A DNA stretch of 64,000 bases from an uncultured Actinomycetota bacterium (GCA_963750345.1 CAVVQH010000006.1:176549-240548), one strand, 5' to 3'. Positions 40,700 to 54,139 are shown, counted from the first letter of the stretch. A program made the numbers and translations. The notes: generated by a model not told the origin, from the sequence alone.

Positions 40700-41910
40700 T
40701 CAGCGGCCGGGCGCTTTCTCCGAATCGGTCGAGCCCCCCCGGCGGGCGGCCCCCGAGGGCCGGGTGCTCGGCGAAGCGCTGGGCCGAGCGCTGGGCCGAG
40801 CGCTGGGCCGGCGCTGGGCCGGGCGCTGGCTTCGGCACGCGGCACCGGCGTGGGCAGCGACACCGGCGGCACCACGGCCAGTGGACCGGTGGGCGTGGCC
40901 GGCGGACGGGCCGAGTCCCAGACCCCCTTCACCCGGAAGGGGCTCGACTGCTGGCGCACCGGCAGGGGGAAGACGTTGAACAGCGGCTGGCTGCCGTTGA
41001 ACCACGGGTAGGTCTGCACCCGGCGGCCGAGCACCCGGTAGCCGCTCGCGAAGACGTCGGCGGCCACCGACAACGGCCGCCCCTGGGCGTCGTACAGCTG
41101 GACGCCCGTCAGCGGCCTGCCCTGCGCGTCGTAGGCGAAGACGTTGCGCACGAAGTGGCCGTCGTTGCGCAGCCCGGGCCCGTACGCCGGGCGGCTCTGC
41201 GCCACCAGCTCGCCGTTGGCGAAGGCGTGGCTGCTCCAGGTGTCGGGGAAGTGGCTGTAGACCGGCACCAGCAGTCCCACCGTCAGCACGTTGAGGGCCA
41301 GCACCGCCAGTCGCCCGGTCGTGCGCGTCACGGCCCGGGCCGGCTCGGGGTACAGGCGCCCACGGCCGAGCTGGACGCTGACCACCACGACGAGCAGCAG
41401 GACGGCCGGGCCGACCGGCGCTGCTCCCAGGGAGGGCAGCAGGGTCGCGTACTCGTACGGCCCGAGGGCCCAGTCGAGCAGCTGCACGAGCACCCACGCC
41501 CGCAGCACCCACCAGGCCGGTCGCAGGACGCGGACCACCTCCCAGGCCTGCGCCGCCCTCGGGTGGGCGGCGACCAGGGTCTCGAGACGGGCCCGGCCCT
41601 GGTCGAGCGCCTCGGCCACCTCCACGTGCCACGGCCGGCCCGGCTGGTGCCGCCCGCGCAGGCGGGGACGCCGCCTCGGCGGCGGTGCGAGCCCGGCTGC
41701 GGCGCGCAGCTCGGCGGCGTAGGCCACCGGGTCGCCGAGGTCGGCCCCGCCCTCGCCGCCACCGTCGGCCAGACGTTCGGACAGGTCGGCCTCGAGCCCG
41801 CCGACCAGCTCCTCGCGCTCCTCCTCGGTCAGGTCACCCAGCCGGGCCCGGACCTGCGCCACGAACTCGGTGACCTCCGGCGTCGCCGCCAGACGGGTGG
41901 TGTCGTTCAT
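40700..41910 (-). CDS. Membrane protein with HAAS/DUF1700-like N-terminus; probable frameshift in C-terminal 12-bp repeat
   Basis: FVAQVRARLGDLTEEEREELVGGLEADL..LGDPVAYAAELR; TMs; alternative frame ends SARPSARP..KAPGR at 40700. Confidence 0.7.
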
Positions 41911-42230
41911 CGTCGCCCCTCCAGGAGTGTGCTGACCGTGCCGGCGAAGCGGTTCCAGTCCTCGCGCTGCCGCTTGAGCCGGTCCTCCCCCGCGGTGGTG
42001 ATGCCGTAGTACTTGCGGTGCGGTCCCTCGTCGCTCGGCACGACGTACGACGTGAGCGCCCCGGCGGCGTACAGGCGCCGCAGGGTGCCGTAGACGGAGG
42101 CGTCGCCGACCTCCGCCAGGCCGCCGGCGCGCAGCCGACGGACGACGTCGTAGCCGTAGCCGTCCTCGTCGTCGACGACGGCCAGCACCGCGAGGTCGAG
42201 CACCCCCTTGAGGAGCTGGGTCGTGTCCAT
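41907..42230 (-). CDS. PadR family transcriptional regulator
   Basis: QLLKGVLDLAVL, YGYDVV, SVYGTLRRL, PHRKYYGIT. Confidence 0.93.
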   Translation of the reverse strand: MDTTQLLKGVLDLAVLAVVDDEDGYGYDVVRRLRAGGLAEVGDASVYGTLRRLYAAGALTSYVVPSDEGPHRKYYGITTAGEDRLKRQREDWNRFAGTVSTLLEGRR

Positions 42231-42372
42231 GGGGTGCACAGTACTACGGCGTGCGCAGTAGTGCGGACGACATTCCGGGAGGAGCACGGGGCCGTCAAGA
42301 TCGGCGCCCGAGGATGGCGCAGGACGGGACGCCTCGACCGGGTGCAGCGCGCAGGACGGGACGCCTCGGCGG

Positions 42373-44077
42373 TCAGCCGGCCAGCACCGCCCGGACGGCC
42401 GCCCGGGCCGCCATCGGGTCCGGCGCACCGAGCGCGGCCTCGGCGGCGTGCTCGCAGGTGTCCATGGTGACCGCCGCCAGCTGCGCACCGACCGGGCGTA
42501 CGGCGGCCAGGGCCATCGACAGGGAGGTGACGCCCATGCCGACCAGGGCGGTGGCCAGCACCGGGTCCGCGGCCGCCTCGCCGCACACGCCCACCGGCTT
42601 GCCCGCCTGCGTCCCCGCCTCGGCGGTGATGGCGATGAGCTGGAGCACCGCGGGCTGCCAGGCGTCGGTGAGGTGGGCCAGGTCGGTGGCCATCCGGTCG
42701 GCCGCCATCGTGTACTGCGTGAGGTCGTTGGTGCCGATGGACAGGAAGTCGACGACCTCGAGCATCTTGGGGGCCAGCAGCGCCGCGCTGGGGATCTCCA
42801 CCATGACGCCCGCCCTGAGGCCGTGCGCGCGCACCTGCGCGGCGAAGTCGGTGGCCTCCGAGACGGTGGCCACCATGGGCGCCATCACCCAGGTGTCGGT
42901 GCCGCTGGCCTCGGCCGCTGCGGCGATGCCGGCCAGCTGGCGCTCCATCAGCCCGGGGTTGTCGAAGGACAGCCGCAGGCCGCGGACGCCCAGGGCCGGG
43001 TTCTCCTCGCCCTCGTGGGTGGCGAAGGCGATGGGCTTGTCCGAGCCGGCGTCCAGCGTGCGGACCACGACGTGGCCCCGACCGGCGAAGGGGGTGAGCA
43101 CGCCGGTGTAGATCTCGGCCTGCTCCTGGACCGACGGCTCGTCCTTGCGGTTGAGGAAGCACAGCTCGGTGCGGAACAGCCCGACCCCCTCCACGGGTCC
43201 GTCGGCGGCGGCCGCCCGCGGAGCGTCCGTCGGCGACGTTGGCCAGCAGCTCCACCGAGGTGCCGTCCGCGGTGCGGCCCGGTCCGGTCCACTGCTCCAG
43301 CGCCGCCCGGGAGGCACGCGGCCTCCCCCACCAGCCGGGCGGCCTGCTCCGGGTCGGGCTCGACGGTGACCTCGCCCGTCGTACCGTCCACGAGCAGGGC
43401 GGTGCCCTCCCGCAGCGCGTGCAGGCCGGACACCCCCACCACGCAGGGGATGCCGAGCTGGCGGGCGATGATCGCGGTGTGGCTGGTCGGCCCGCCCCGC
43501 TCGGTCACCAGGGCCACCACGGTCCCGGCGTCCAGGCCGGCGGTGTCGGCCGGCGCGAGGTCCTCGGCCAGCAGCACCGACGGCACCGCGGGCACGGGGA
43601 CACCCGGCTCGGGCTCGCCCACCAGCCGCGCGGTGACCCGGCGCTCGATGTCGCGCAGGTCGGTCACCCGCTCGGCCATGAGCCCGCCCATGGAGGTGAA
43701 CACCCCGGCGAACTGGTCGACCGCCGCACCCAGCGCGACCAGCAGCGGGTCGCCGGCGGCGAGCCGCTTGCGCACGGCGAGCGCAGCCCCTTGTCCCGTG
43801 CCAGGCCCGCGGTGGCGGTCAGCACCTCGGCCGCGGCGCCCTGGACGCCGGCCGCCCGCTCCGCCAGCCCGGCGGAGGTGGCGGCGACCGCCTCGTCGTA
43901 GGCGGCCAGGGCCGCCTCCGCCTCGGGCGGGGAGGCCTGCTCGAAACGGGCGATCGCGTCGGGCGAGATGGACGCGGTGGCGACGACGGCGGGGGCGTAG
44001 GCGACGCCGGGCACGACGGGCGTGCCGTGCAGGACCGCCGTCGAGGACGTCGGGGACGGGGCTGGGTGGGGGGCCAT
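42373..44077 (-). CDS. ptsI: PTS enzyme I, frameshifted
   Basis: GGPTSHTAIIAR, GVGLFRTE, EENPALGVRGLR, SIGTNDLTQY, GVCGE. Confidence 0.92.
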
Positions 44078-44083
44078 GCGCCC

Positions 44084-44160
44084 AACATAGGTCCCAGGCG
44101 GCTTGACAGTCAACAGAATCGGGCGTAAAACAACACGTAACAAGTTCAAACCAACACAAG
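44084..44160. promoter_or_regulatory. Divergent promoters for ptsI and fru operon, with CAACA repeats
   Basis: TTGACA-17-TAAAAC on plus; TTGACT-18-TATGTT on minus; AT-rich island. Confidence 0.7.
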
Positions 44161-44173
44161 CGCGGGAGGCCCG

Positions 44174-44938
44174 GTGTACGCCGAGGAACGACAGCAGGCC
44201 ATGGCCGACCTGGTCGCCCGCCGGGGACGGCTCTCCGTGCAGGCCCTGGCCGCCGAGTACGCCGTGACCACCGAGACCGTCCGCCGTGACCTCTCCGTGC
44301 TCGAGCGGCTGGGCATCCTGCGACGGGTGCACGGCGGCGCCGTGCCGGCCGCCGCCCTGGCCCTGGAGACCGCGGTGGGCGAGCGCGACCTCGCCCACGC
44401 CGACCAGAAGGACCAGATCGCCCGAGCCGCGCTCACCCTGCTCCCCCCCAACGGCGGCAGCGTCGTGATGGACGCCGGCACCACCACCGCGCGGCTGGCC
44501 ATGATGCTCCCCCGCGAGCTGGCGCTGACCGTGCTCACCAACGCGGTGCCCATCGCGGCCCGGCTGGCCGGTTCGGCCAGCATCGACCTGCACCTGCTGC
44601 CCGGACGGGTCCGGTCCACCACCCACGCCGCGGTCGGCGAGGACACCGTCGAGGCACTGGGCCGGCTGCGGGCCGACGTCGCCTTCGTCGGCACCAACGG
44701 CCTGTCGGTGGGCCACGGCCTGAGCACCCCCGACCACGCCGAGGCGGCCGCCAAGCGGGCGATGGTGGCCAGCGCGCACCGCGTCGTCGTGCTCGTGGAC
44801 TCCTCCAAGATCGGGCAGGAGCACACGGTCCGCTTCGCCGAGCTGCACGAGGTCGACGTGGTCGTCACCGACCGCGACGTCGACCCGGCCGAGCTGGTCT
44901 CCCTGCGCGAGCACGGGGTGGAGGTGCTGGTCGCGTGA
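44174..44938 (+). CDS. fruR: DeoR family fructose repressor
   Basis: VTTETVRRDL HTH, RVHGGA, DAGTTT, AFVGTNG, DSSKIG. Confidence 0.9.
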   Translation: MYAEERQQAMADLVARRGRLSVQALAAEYAVTTETVRRDLSVLERLGILRRVHGGAVPAAALALETAVGERDLAHADQKDQIARAALTLLPPNGGSVVMDAGTTTARLAMMLPRELALTVLTNAVPIAARLAGSASIDLHLLPGRVRSTTHAAVGEDTVEALGRLRADVAFVGTNGLSVGHGLSTPDHAEAAAKRAMVASAHRVVVLVDSSKIGQEHTVRFAELHEVDVVVTDRDVDPAELVSLREHGVEVLVA

Positions 44939-45930
44939 TCATCACCCTGACCCCCAACCCCAGCGTCGACCGCACCGTCACCCTGGCCGGGGAGCTGCGT
45001 CGCGGCGCGGTGCTCCGTGCCGAGTCCGTCAGCTCCCAGTCCGGGGGCAAGGGCGTCAACATCTCCCGGGCCGCCGTGGCCGCCGGCGTCCGGACCATCG
45101 CCGTGCTGCCCGCGCAGGCCGACGACCCCTTCGTGCTGGACCTGCTGCGCGACGGCATCGACTGCCGCCCCGAGCGGCCGGCCGGCGACGTACGGGTCAA
45201 CCTGACGCTGACCGAGCCCGACGGCACCACCACCAAGGTCAACACCCCCGGGGCCGTGGTCACCCGCGCCGACCTCGACCGGCTGGTGGTGGCCGTGACC
45301 GAGCGCGCCCCGACCGCCGGCTGGGTGGTGCTGGCCGGCTCCCTGCCGCCCGGCGCCCCCGACAGCTGGTACGCCGACCTGGTGGTCGCGCTCGAGGGCT
45401 CCGGCACCTCGGTCGCCGTGGACACCTCGGGGGCGCCCCTGGTCGCCCTGGCCGCCTCGCTGGAGCAGGCCGCACCCACGCTCATGAAGCCGAACGGCGA
45501 GGAGCTGGCCTCCCTGACCGGCGGTGACGCGGACGCCATCGAGGCCGACCCGGCGGCCGCCGCCCGCGCCGCCCGCATGCTGGTCGACCGAGGCGTCGGC
45601 GCCGTGCTGGCCACGCTCGGCGGGTCGGGGGCCGTGCTGGTCACCGCCGACGGCGCCTGGCACGCCTCCCCGCCTCCCACGGTCGTGGTGAGCACGGTGG
45701 GGGCCGGCGACTCGAGCCTGTTCGGCTACGTGCTGGGCGACCTGCGCGGCGCCTCCCCGGCCGAGTGCCTGCGGCTCGCCGTGGCCTACGGCAGCGCCGC
45801 GGCCGGACTGCCCGGCACCACGATCCCCACCCCGGCCCACCTGCGACCCGACCTGGTCACGGTCCGCAGCCTCCCGCTCCCCCCGACCAGCCTGCACACC
45901 GTCCCCCCCACGGCCCGCGAAGAGAACTGA
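44935..45930 (+). CDS. fruK: 1-phosphofructokinase
   Basis: TLTPNPSVD, GGKGVNIS, GSLPPG, KPNGEEL, STVGAGDS. Confidence 0.9.
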   Translation: MIITLTPNPSVDRTVTLAGELRRGAVLRAESVSSQSGGKGVNISRAAVAAGVRTIAVLPAQADDPFVLDLLRDGIDCRPERPAGDVRVNLTLTEPDGTTTKVNTPGAVVTRADLDRLVVAVTERAPTAGWVVLAGSLPPGAPDSWYADLVVALEGSGTSVAVDTSGAPLVALAASLEQAAPTLMKPNGEELASLTGGDADAIEADPAAAARAARMLVDRGVGAVLATLGGSGAVLVTADGAWHASPPPTVVVSTVGAGDSSLFGYVLGDLRGASPAECLRLAVAYGSAAAGLPGTTIPTPAHLRPDLVTVRSLPLPPTSLHTVPPTAREEN

Positions 45931-45937
45931 GGACACG

Positions 45938-48090
45938 ATGACCGACACCGCACCGACCGAGGCGATGATCACGCCCGCGCTCGTCCGCCTGGACGTGTCG
46001 CTCGGGACCGAGAAGACCGAGGTGATCCGGGCGCTGGCCGCCCAGGTCGCCGAGGCCGGCCGCACCCAGGACCCCGACCAGCTCGTCGAGGACGCCCTGG
46101 CCCGGGAGTCCACCTCCGCCACCGGCCTGCCCGGCGGCATCGCCATCCCGCACTGCCGCACCACGGCGGTCGAGGTGCCGACGCTGGCCTTCGCGCGGCT
46201 CTCGCCGCCCACCGACTTCGGCGCCAAGGACGGCCCCGCCGACCTGGCCTTCCTCATCGCCGCCCCCGCGGGCGGGGACGCCACCCACCTCAAGGTGCTG
46301 ACCCAGCTCGCCCGGGCGCTGGTCAAGAAGGGCTTCACCGACGGGCTGCGGTCGGCCGAGAGCCCGCAGGAGGTCGCCGACCTGGTGCGGGAGGTCGTGT
46401 CGCCCTCCCCTGCGGCGCCCGCCCCGAGCCGGCCCGCCCCCGCCGCCGGGTCCACCGGCTCCACCGCGTCGACCGCGGGGGCCACCCCCGCCGAGACGGC
46501 CGCTCCGGCCGTCGGCGGCCCCGGAGGCTCGGCCCCCGCCGCGCGACCCTCGCTCGTCGCCGTCACCGCCTGCCCGACCGGCATCGCCCACACCTACATG
46601 GCCGCCGAGGCCCTGGAGGCCGCCGCCGCCCGCGCCGGTGTCGACATCGCGGTGGAGACCCAGGGCTCGGCCGGCTCCTCGCCCCTGCCGCCGGCCACCA
46701 TCGCGGCCGCGTCCGCCGCCATCTTCGCCGTGGACGTCGGGGTCCGCGACCGTGGTCGCTTCGCCGGCAAGCCGTTGGTGGCCTCCGGCGTCAAGCGGCC
46801 GATGGAGGACGCCGACGCGATGATCGCCGAGGCGCTGCGCTACGCCGACGACCCCGGCGCCCCGCGCGTCGAGGGCTCGGCGGGCGGGTCCGGCACCTCC
46901 ACCACCACCGCTCGCGGCGGGGCCGGCGAGTCCTGGGGCACCCGCGTGCGCCGGGTGCTGATGACCGGCGTCTCCTACATGATCCCGTTCGTCGCCGCCG
47001 GCGGCCTGCTGATCGCCCTCGGCTTCCTGCTGGCCGGGTACGAGATCGCCCTGAACGACAGCGCCGCCATGAACAAGATCCTGGCCGACAACACGCTGCT
47101 GAACCTCCCGACCCGGGTGCGCTGGGCCTCGACCACGCCCTGGGCGGGCTCGGCGCCTACCTCGGCGCGGTCCTGTTCAAGATCGGGGGTACGGCGTTCA
47201 GCTTCCTGGTCCCGGCCCTGGCCGGGTACATCGCCTACGCCATCGCCGACCGTCCCGGCATCGCGCCCGGCTTCGTGATGGGCGCCCTGGCCACGCAGGT
47301 GCTGAACGCCGGCTTCCTCGGCGGCATCGTGGGCGGTGTCCTCGCCGGGCTCGTCGCGCACTGGATCGCCGGCTGGAAGGTGCCGACCTGGGCCCGTGGC
47401 CTGATGCCCGTGGTGGTCATCCCGCTGGGGGCGACCCTGGTCTCCGGCCTCCTGATGCTCGTCGTCCTCGGTCGTCCGCTCACCGACCTGATGAAGGCCC
47501 TGACCGACGGCCTGAACAGCCTCAACGGCGGCTCCGCGATCATCCTGGGCGTCATCCTCGGGCTGATGATGGCCTTCGACATGGGCGGCCCGCTCAACAA
47601 GACCGCCTACACCTTCGCCACCGCCGGGCTCGGCACGGCCGCGGCCACCACCGGCAACTCCCCACAGCTGCAGATCATGGCCGCCGTCATGCTGGCCGGC
47701 ATGGTGCCCCCGCTGGCGCTGGCCCTGGCCACCGTGGTCCGCCGCAACCTCTTCACCCCCGCCGAGCGGGAGAACGGCAAGGCGGCCTGGCTGCTGGGCG
47801 CCTCCTTCATCACCGAGGGCGCCATCCCGTTCGCCGCGGCCGACCCGCTGCGCGTCATCCCGCCGATCATGCTCGGCAGCGCGGTCACCGGCGGTCTGTC
47901 GATGGCCCTGCACGTGGGCCTGCGGGCGCCCCACGGCGGTATCTTCGTGCTCTTCGCCGTGGTCCACATCGTCGGGTTCCTCATCGCCCTGCTCGCCGGC
48001 GTGCTCGTCGGCTGCGCCGGGGTGGTGGCCCTGAAGACCCGGACCGAGAGCACCGAGGAGATCGAGGAGCTCTCCGCCATCACGGTGTGA
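45938..48090 (+). CDS. fruA: Fructose-specific PTS EIIABC, one frameshift near 47120
   Basis: IAIPHCR (IIA), ACPTGIAHT..ETQG (IIB), MTGVSYMIP, FDMGGPLNK, FITEGAIPFA (IIC). Confidence 0.93.
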
Positions 48091-48189
48091 CCCACCCGGG
48101 CGTCCCCGCCCGACCCCGTACCGCCCGTCCGACCCGCCCGACCCGTCCGACCCGCCGACCCGCCCCCGCACCGAATACCAGGAGGCACC

Positions 48190-48447
48190 ATGCCCAGCAA
48201 GACCGTCACCGTCGGCTCGACCGTCGGCCTGCACGCCCGTCCCGCCGCGATCATCTCTGAGGCCGCCGGCGAGCTCGACTCCGAGGTCACCCTGTCCGTC
48301 GGCGGCGAGGAGCCGGTCGACGCGGCCTCCTCGCTGCTGATCATGACCCTGGGCGCCTCGCACGGCGACCAGGTCGAGGTCGCCGGTGAGGACCAGGCGG
48401 CGGTGGACGCCATCGCCGCCCTGGTCGAGAAGGACCTCGACGCCTGA
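48190..48447 (+). CDS. ptsH: Phosphocarrier protein HPr
   Basis: GLHARPAA; VDAASSLLIMTLG; AGGAGG RBS. Confidence 0.95.
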   Translation: MPSKTVTVGSTVGLHARPAAIISEAAGELDSEVTLSVGGEEPVDAASSLLIMTLGASHGDQVEVAGEDQAAVDAIAALVEKDLDA

Positions 48448-48477
48448 CCTCAGGCTCCCGACGGCCCTCTGACGTGC

Positions 48478-48519
48478 GGACCGCCCGTCGTCCCCTCCAC
48501 AGGGGTCGGCGGGCGGTCC
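48478..48519. terminator. Hairpin between convergent ptsH and ribF
   Basis: GGACCGCCCGTCG...CGGCGGGCGGTCC stem with inner CCCCT/AGGGG. Confidence 0.65.
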
Positions 48520-48526
48520 TCGTCGT

Positions 48527-49495
48527 TCAGCCCGACGCGGGCAGGCCCAGCACCGCGCGGGTGCGGGTCACGTCGGTCGCCATCGTGGTGATGAGCTCCT
48601 CGACCGAGTCGAAGCGCAGCATGCCCCGGATGCGGCCGGTGAAGGACACCTCGACCTCGACGCCGTACAGCTCGAGGTCGTCGCGGTCCAGCACGTAGGA
48701 CTCCACCCGCCGCTCACGCTCGCCGTGGAAGGTCGGGTTGGTGCCCACGCTGATCGCGGCCGGCAGCAGCGTCCGGTCCGGGTCGTCGAGCCGGCGCAGC
48801 CACCCGGCGTAGACGCCGTCGGCGGGCGCGGCCAGCATCCCCGTGGTGGGCACGTTCGCGGTCGGGTAGCCCAGCTCACGGCCGCGCTGATCGCCCTTGA
48901 CCACCTCGCCACGGACCGTGAACGGGTGCCCCAGGGCCTCGGCGGCACCCTCGACGTCGCCGGAGACCAGGCAGTTGCGGACGTAGGTCGAGGACCACAC
49001 CTGCGGGCCGCCGTCCAGGGCGATGCCCTCGACCACGAAGTCGTGGTCCTCGCCCGTCCGCGCCAGCAGGGCCACGTCCCCGGCGGCACGGGCGCCGAAG
49101 CGGAAGTTGGCGCCGACGACCACGGCCCGGGCGTGCAGGGTCCGGACGAGGATGTCCTCGACGAAGCGCTCCGGCGGCCACGCGGCCACCGAGCGGGTGA
49201 ACGGTACGACGAGCAGGTCGTCGACCCCGGCCTCCTCGAGCAGCGTCGCCCGGGAGGCGATGGTGGTCAGGGTGGGCGGTGCGTGCTCGGGTCGCAGCAC
49301 CGCGATGGGGTGCGGGTCGAACGTCACGGCCACGACCGGGAGCGGCTGGGCGTCGCCCGCCTGCTCGGCCGCGACCTCCCGCGCCCGGCGGATCACGTGC
49401 TGGTGCCCGAGGTGGACGCCGTCGAAGTTGCCGACCGTCACGACGCAGCGGCCGATGTCGCCGGGCACCTCGTCCAGCGACCGCCAGATCCGCAC
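48527..49495 (-). CDS. ribF: Riboflavin kinase/FAD synthetase
   Basis: GNFDGVHLGH, GANFRFG, WSSTYVR, GRELGYPTAN, SVGTNPTF. Confidence 0.96.
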   Translation of the reverse strand: MRIWRSLDEVPGDIGRCVVTVGNFDGVHLGHQHVIRRAREVAAEQAGDAQPLPVVAVTFDPHPIAVLRPEHAPPTLTTIASRATLLEEAGVDDLLVVPFTRSVAAWPPERFVEDILVRTLHARAVVVGANFRFGARAAGDVALLARTGEDHDFVVEGIALDGGPQVWSSTYVRNCLVSGDVEGAAEALGHPFTVRGEVVKGDQRGRELGYPTANVPTTGMLAAPADGVYAGWLRRLDDPDRTLLPAAISVGTNPTFHGERERRVESYVLDRDDLELYGVEVEVSFTGRIRGMLRFDSVEELITTMATDVTRTRAVLGLPASG

Positions 49496-49559
49496 GATGC
49501 TCCGCTCCTCTCGGCTCGTCGGGGGCTCGACCCCTCCCGCAGATGCTCCCACAGCGGCC

Positions 49560-50448
49560 TCAGACGAAGACGGCCACGGGGGCGGCCTGCTCACCCCGCT
49601 GCTCGTAGAGCGCGAGGAACCCCTGGCCGGGCCCGAACACGGCCACCGGACCGGCGGCACCGAGGTGCGCGGTGAGCGAGCGGCCGTACCGCACGTGACC
49701 CGCCTCCTCCTCGGTCAGGTCGTGGGAGGGGAAGCACCGGCGGGCCACCTCGTCGATGCCGAGCAGGCCGAACGCCTCGCCGAGCTCCTCCAGCGTGTGC
49801 GCCTCGGCCAGCCCGAACGGCCCGACCGCCGTACGGCGCAGCGCCACCAGGTGCCCGCCCACGCCGAGGTCCTCGCCGAGGTCTCGGGCCACCGCGCGCA
49901 CGTAGGTGCCGCTGCTGCACCGCAGCGACACGTCGACGTCCAGGTGCTCCTCGCCGCTGCGCAGGTCGGTGACCCGCAGCTCGTGCACGGTCACCGAGCG
50001 GGTGGGCAGCTCGACCTGCTCCCCGGCCCGCACCCGGGCGTAGGCGCGGCGGCCGTCGACCTTGATCGCGGAGACGGACGGACGGCCGCTGCTCGAGCTC
50101 GCCGACGAACCGCCCGGCGGCCGTGCGGACCTGCTCCTCGGTGAGGGTCTCGACGCTGCCACCGCCGGTGCGCGGCAGGGGCTCGCCCTCCGCGTCGTCG
50201 GTGGTGGTGGCCAGCCCGAGCCGCACGGTGGCGTCGTAGGCCTTCTCGGTCAAGGTCAGGTGACCCAGCAGGCGGGTGGCCCGGTTGACCCCGACCAGCA
50301 GCACGCCGGTCGCCATCGGGTCCAGGGTGCCGGCGTGGCCCACCTTGCGGGTGGAGGCCAGCCGACGGACCCGGGCGACCACGTCGTGCGAGGTCAGCCC
50401 GTCGGGCTTGTCGACGACGACGAGGCCGCTGGGCGCCTCGGCGCTCAC
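49560..50448 (-). CDS. truB: tRNA pseudouridine(55) synthase, frameshift near 50080
   Basis: [43 protein letters not shown]. Confidence 0.93.
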
Positions 50449-50894
50449 TCCTCGTCGGCGTCGTCGAGGGGGTCGGGCTCGTGCGGCTTGCGGTAGGGGT
50501 CGGCGTCCCCGGCGTACGTCGCCCCCGCCGCGGCGGCCGCGACCGCGGCGTCGGACTCCCGCGCCTTGGCCAGCAGCTCCTCGAGCGCCCGCGCGGTGTC
50601 GGGCAGCGCGTCGTGGATGAACTCCAGCGACGGCACCGTCCGCATCTGCAGCTGCTTGCCGACCTCGGCCCGGATCAGTCCCTTGGCCGACTCGAGGGCG
50701 GCCGCCGATCCGGCGACCTCCTCGTCCTCCCCCAGGACGGTGTAGAACACCGAGGCCTGCTGGGTGTCACCGCTGACGCGGACGTCGGTGATGGTCACGA
50801 ACCCGAGCCTCGGGTCCTTGACCCGCCGCTCCAGCATCTCCGCGACGATGACCTGGATGCGGTCCGCGACCTTGCGGACCCGGGGGTTGGCCAC
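50445..50894 (-). CDS. rbfA: Ribosome-binding factor A
   Basis: [33 protein letters not shown]. Confidence 0.95.
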   Translation of the reverse strand: MANPRVRKVADRIQVIVAEMLERRVKDPRLGFVTITDVRVSGDTQQASVFYTVLGEDEEVAGSAAALESAKGLIRAEVGKQLQMRTVPSLEFIHDALPDTARALEELLAKARESDAAVAAAAAGATYAGDADPYRKPHEPDPLDDADEE

Positions 50895-50924
50895 TGCTGC
50901 TCCTGTTGCTCGTCGGGGCCTTGG

Positions 50925-51009
50925 TTTCCCAGGGGATGCCGGGTTTCTGTCGCTGCCCACGGTGAACCCACCGTGGGGAGGTGACATTGCTCGGCATCCC
51001 CTGGGAATC
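50925..51009. repeat. Palindromic element, copy 3 (inverted), in infB-rbfA spacer
   Basis: Perfect 16-bp inverted ends TTCCCAGGGGATGCCG / CGGCATCCCCTGGGAA; central CCCACGGTG-AACC-CACCGTGGG. Confidence 0.85.
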
Positions 51010-51028
51010 TGCCAGGGGGGTGCTCCGG

Positions 51029-53979
<2,951 letters not shown>

Positions 53980-54036
53980 GCTTCTCCTTCTGGTCCGAGC
54001 CTCTGTTCCCCTCCTCGTGAGGGGGCGGCCGGACCG

Positions 54037-54082
54037 TTAGCTGGTGTGCATGCTCATCGGAAAGTACTCATCGAGTGCTCAT
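54037..54082 (-). other. Three overlapping micro-ORFs (MSTR, MSTFR, MSMHTS) in infB leader
   Basis: GGAG RBS, then ATGAGCACTCG-ATGAGTACTTTCCG-ATGAGCATGCACACCAGCTAA with two ATGA stop/start overlaps. Confidence 0.6.
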
Positions 54083-54139
54083 GAGCTGCTGCTCCAATTT
54101 CTTCTCGGCGGTACGGGTGGTGCCTGCAGGTGCAGGTGT

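Noticed and set aside
40775-40830. 12-bp repeat with one 11-bp unit as a phase-variation switch
   Set aside because: It encodes a low-complexity SARP tail, and the single missing base fits the window-wide indel error pattern.
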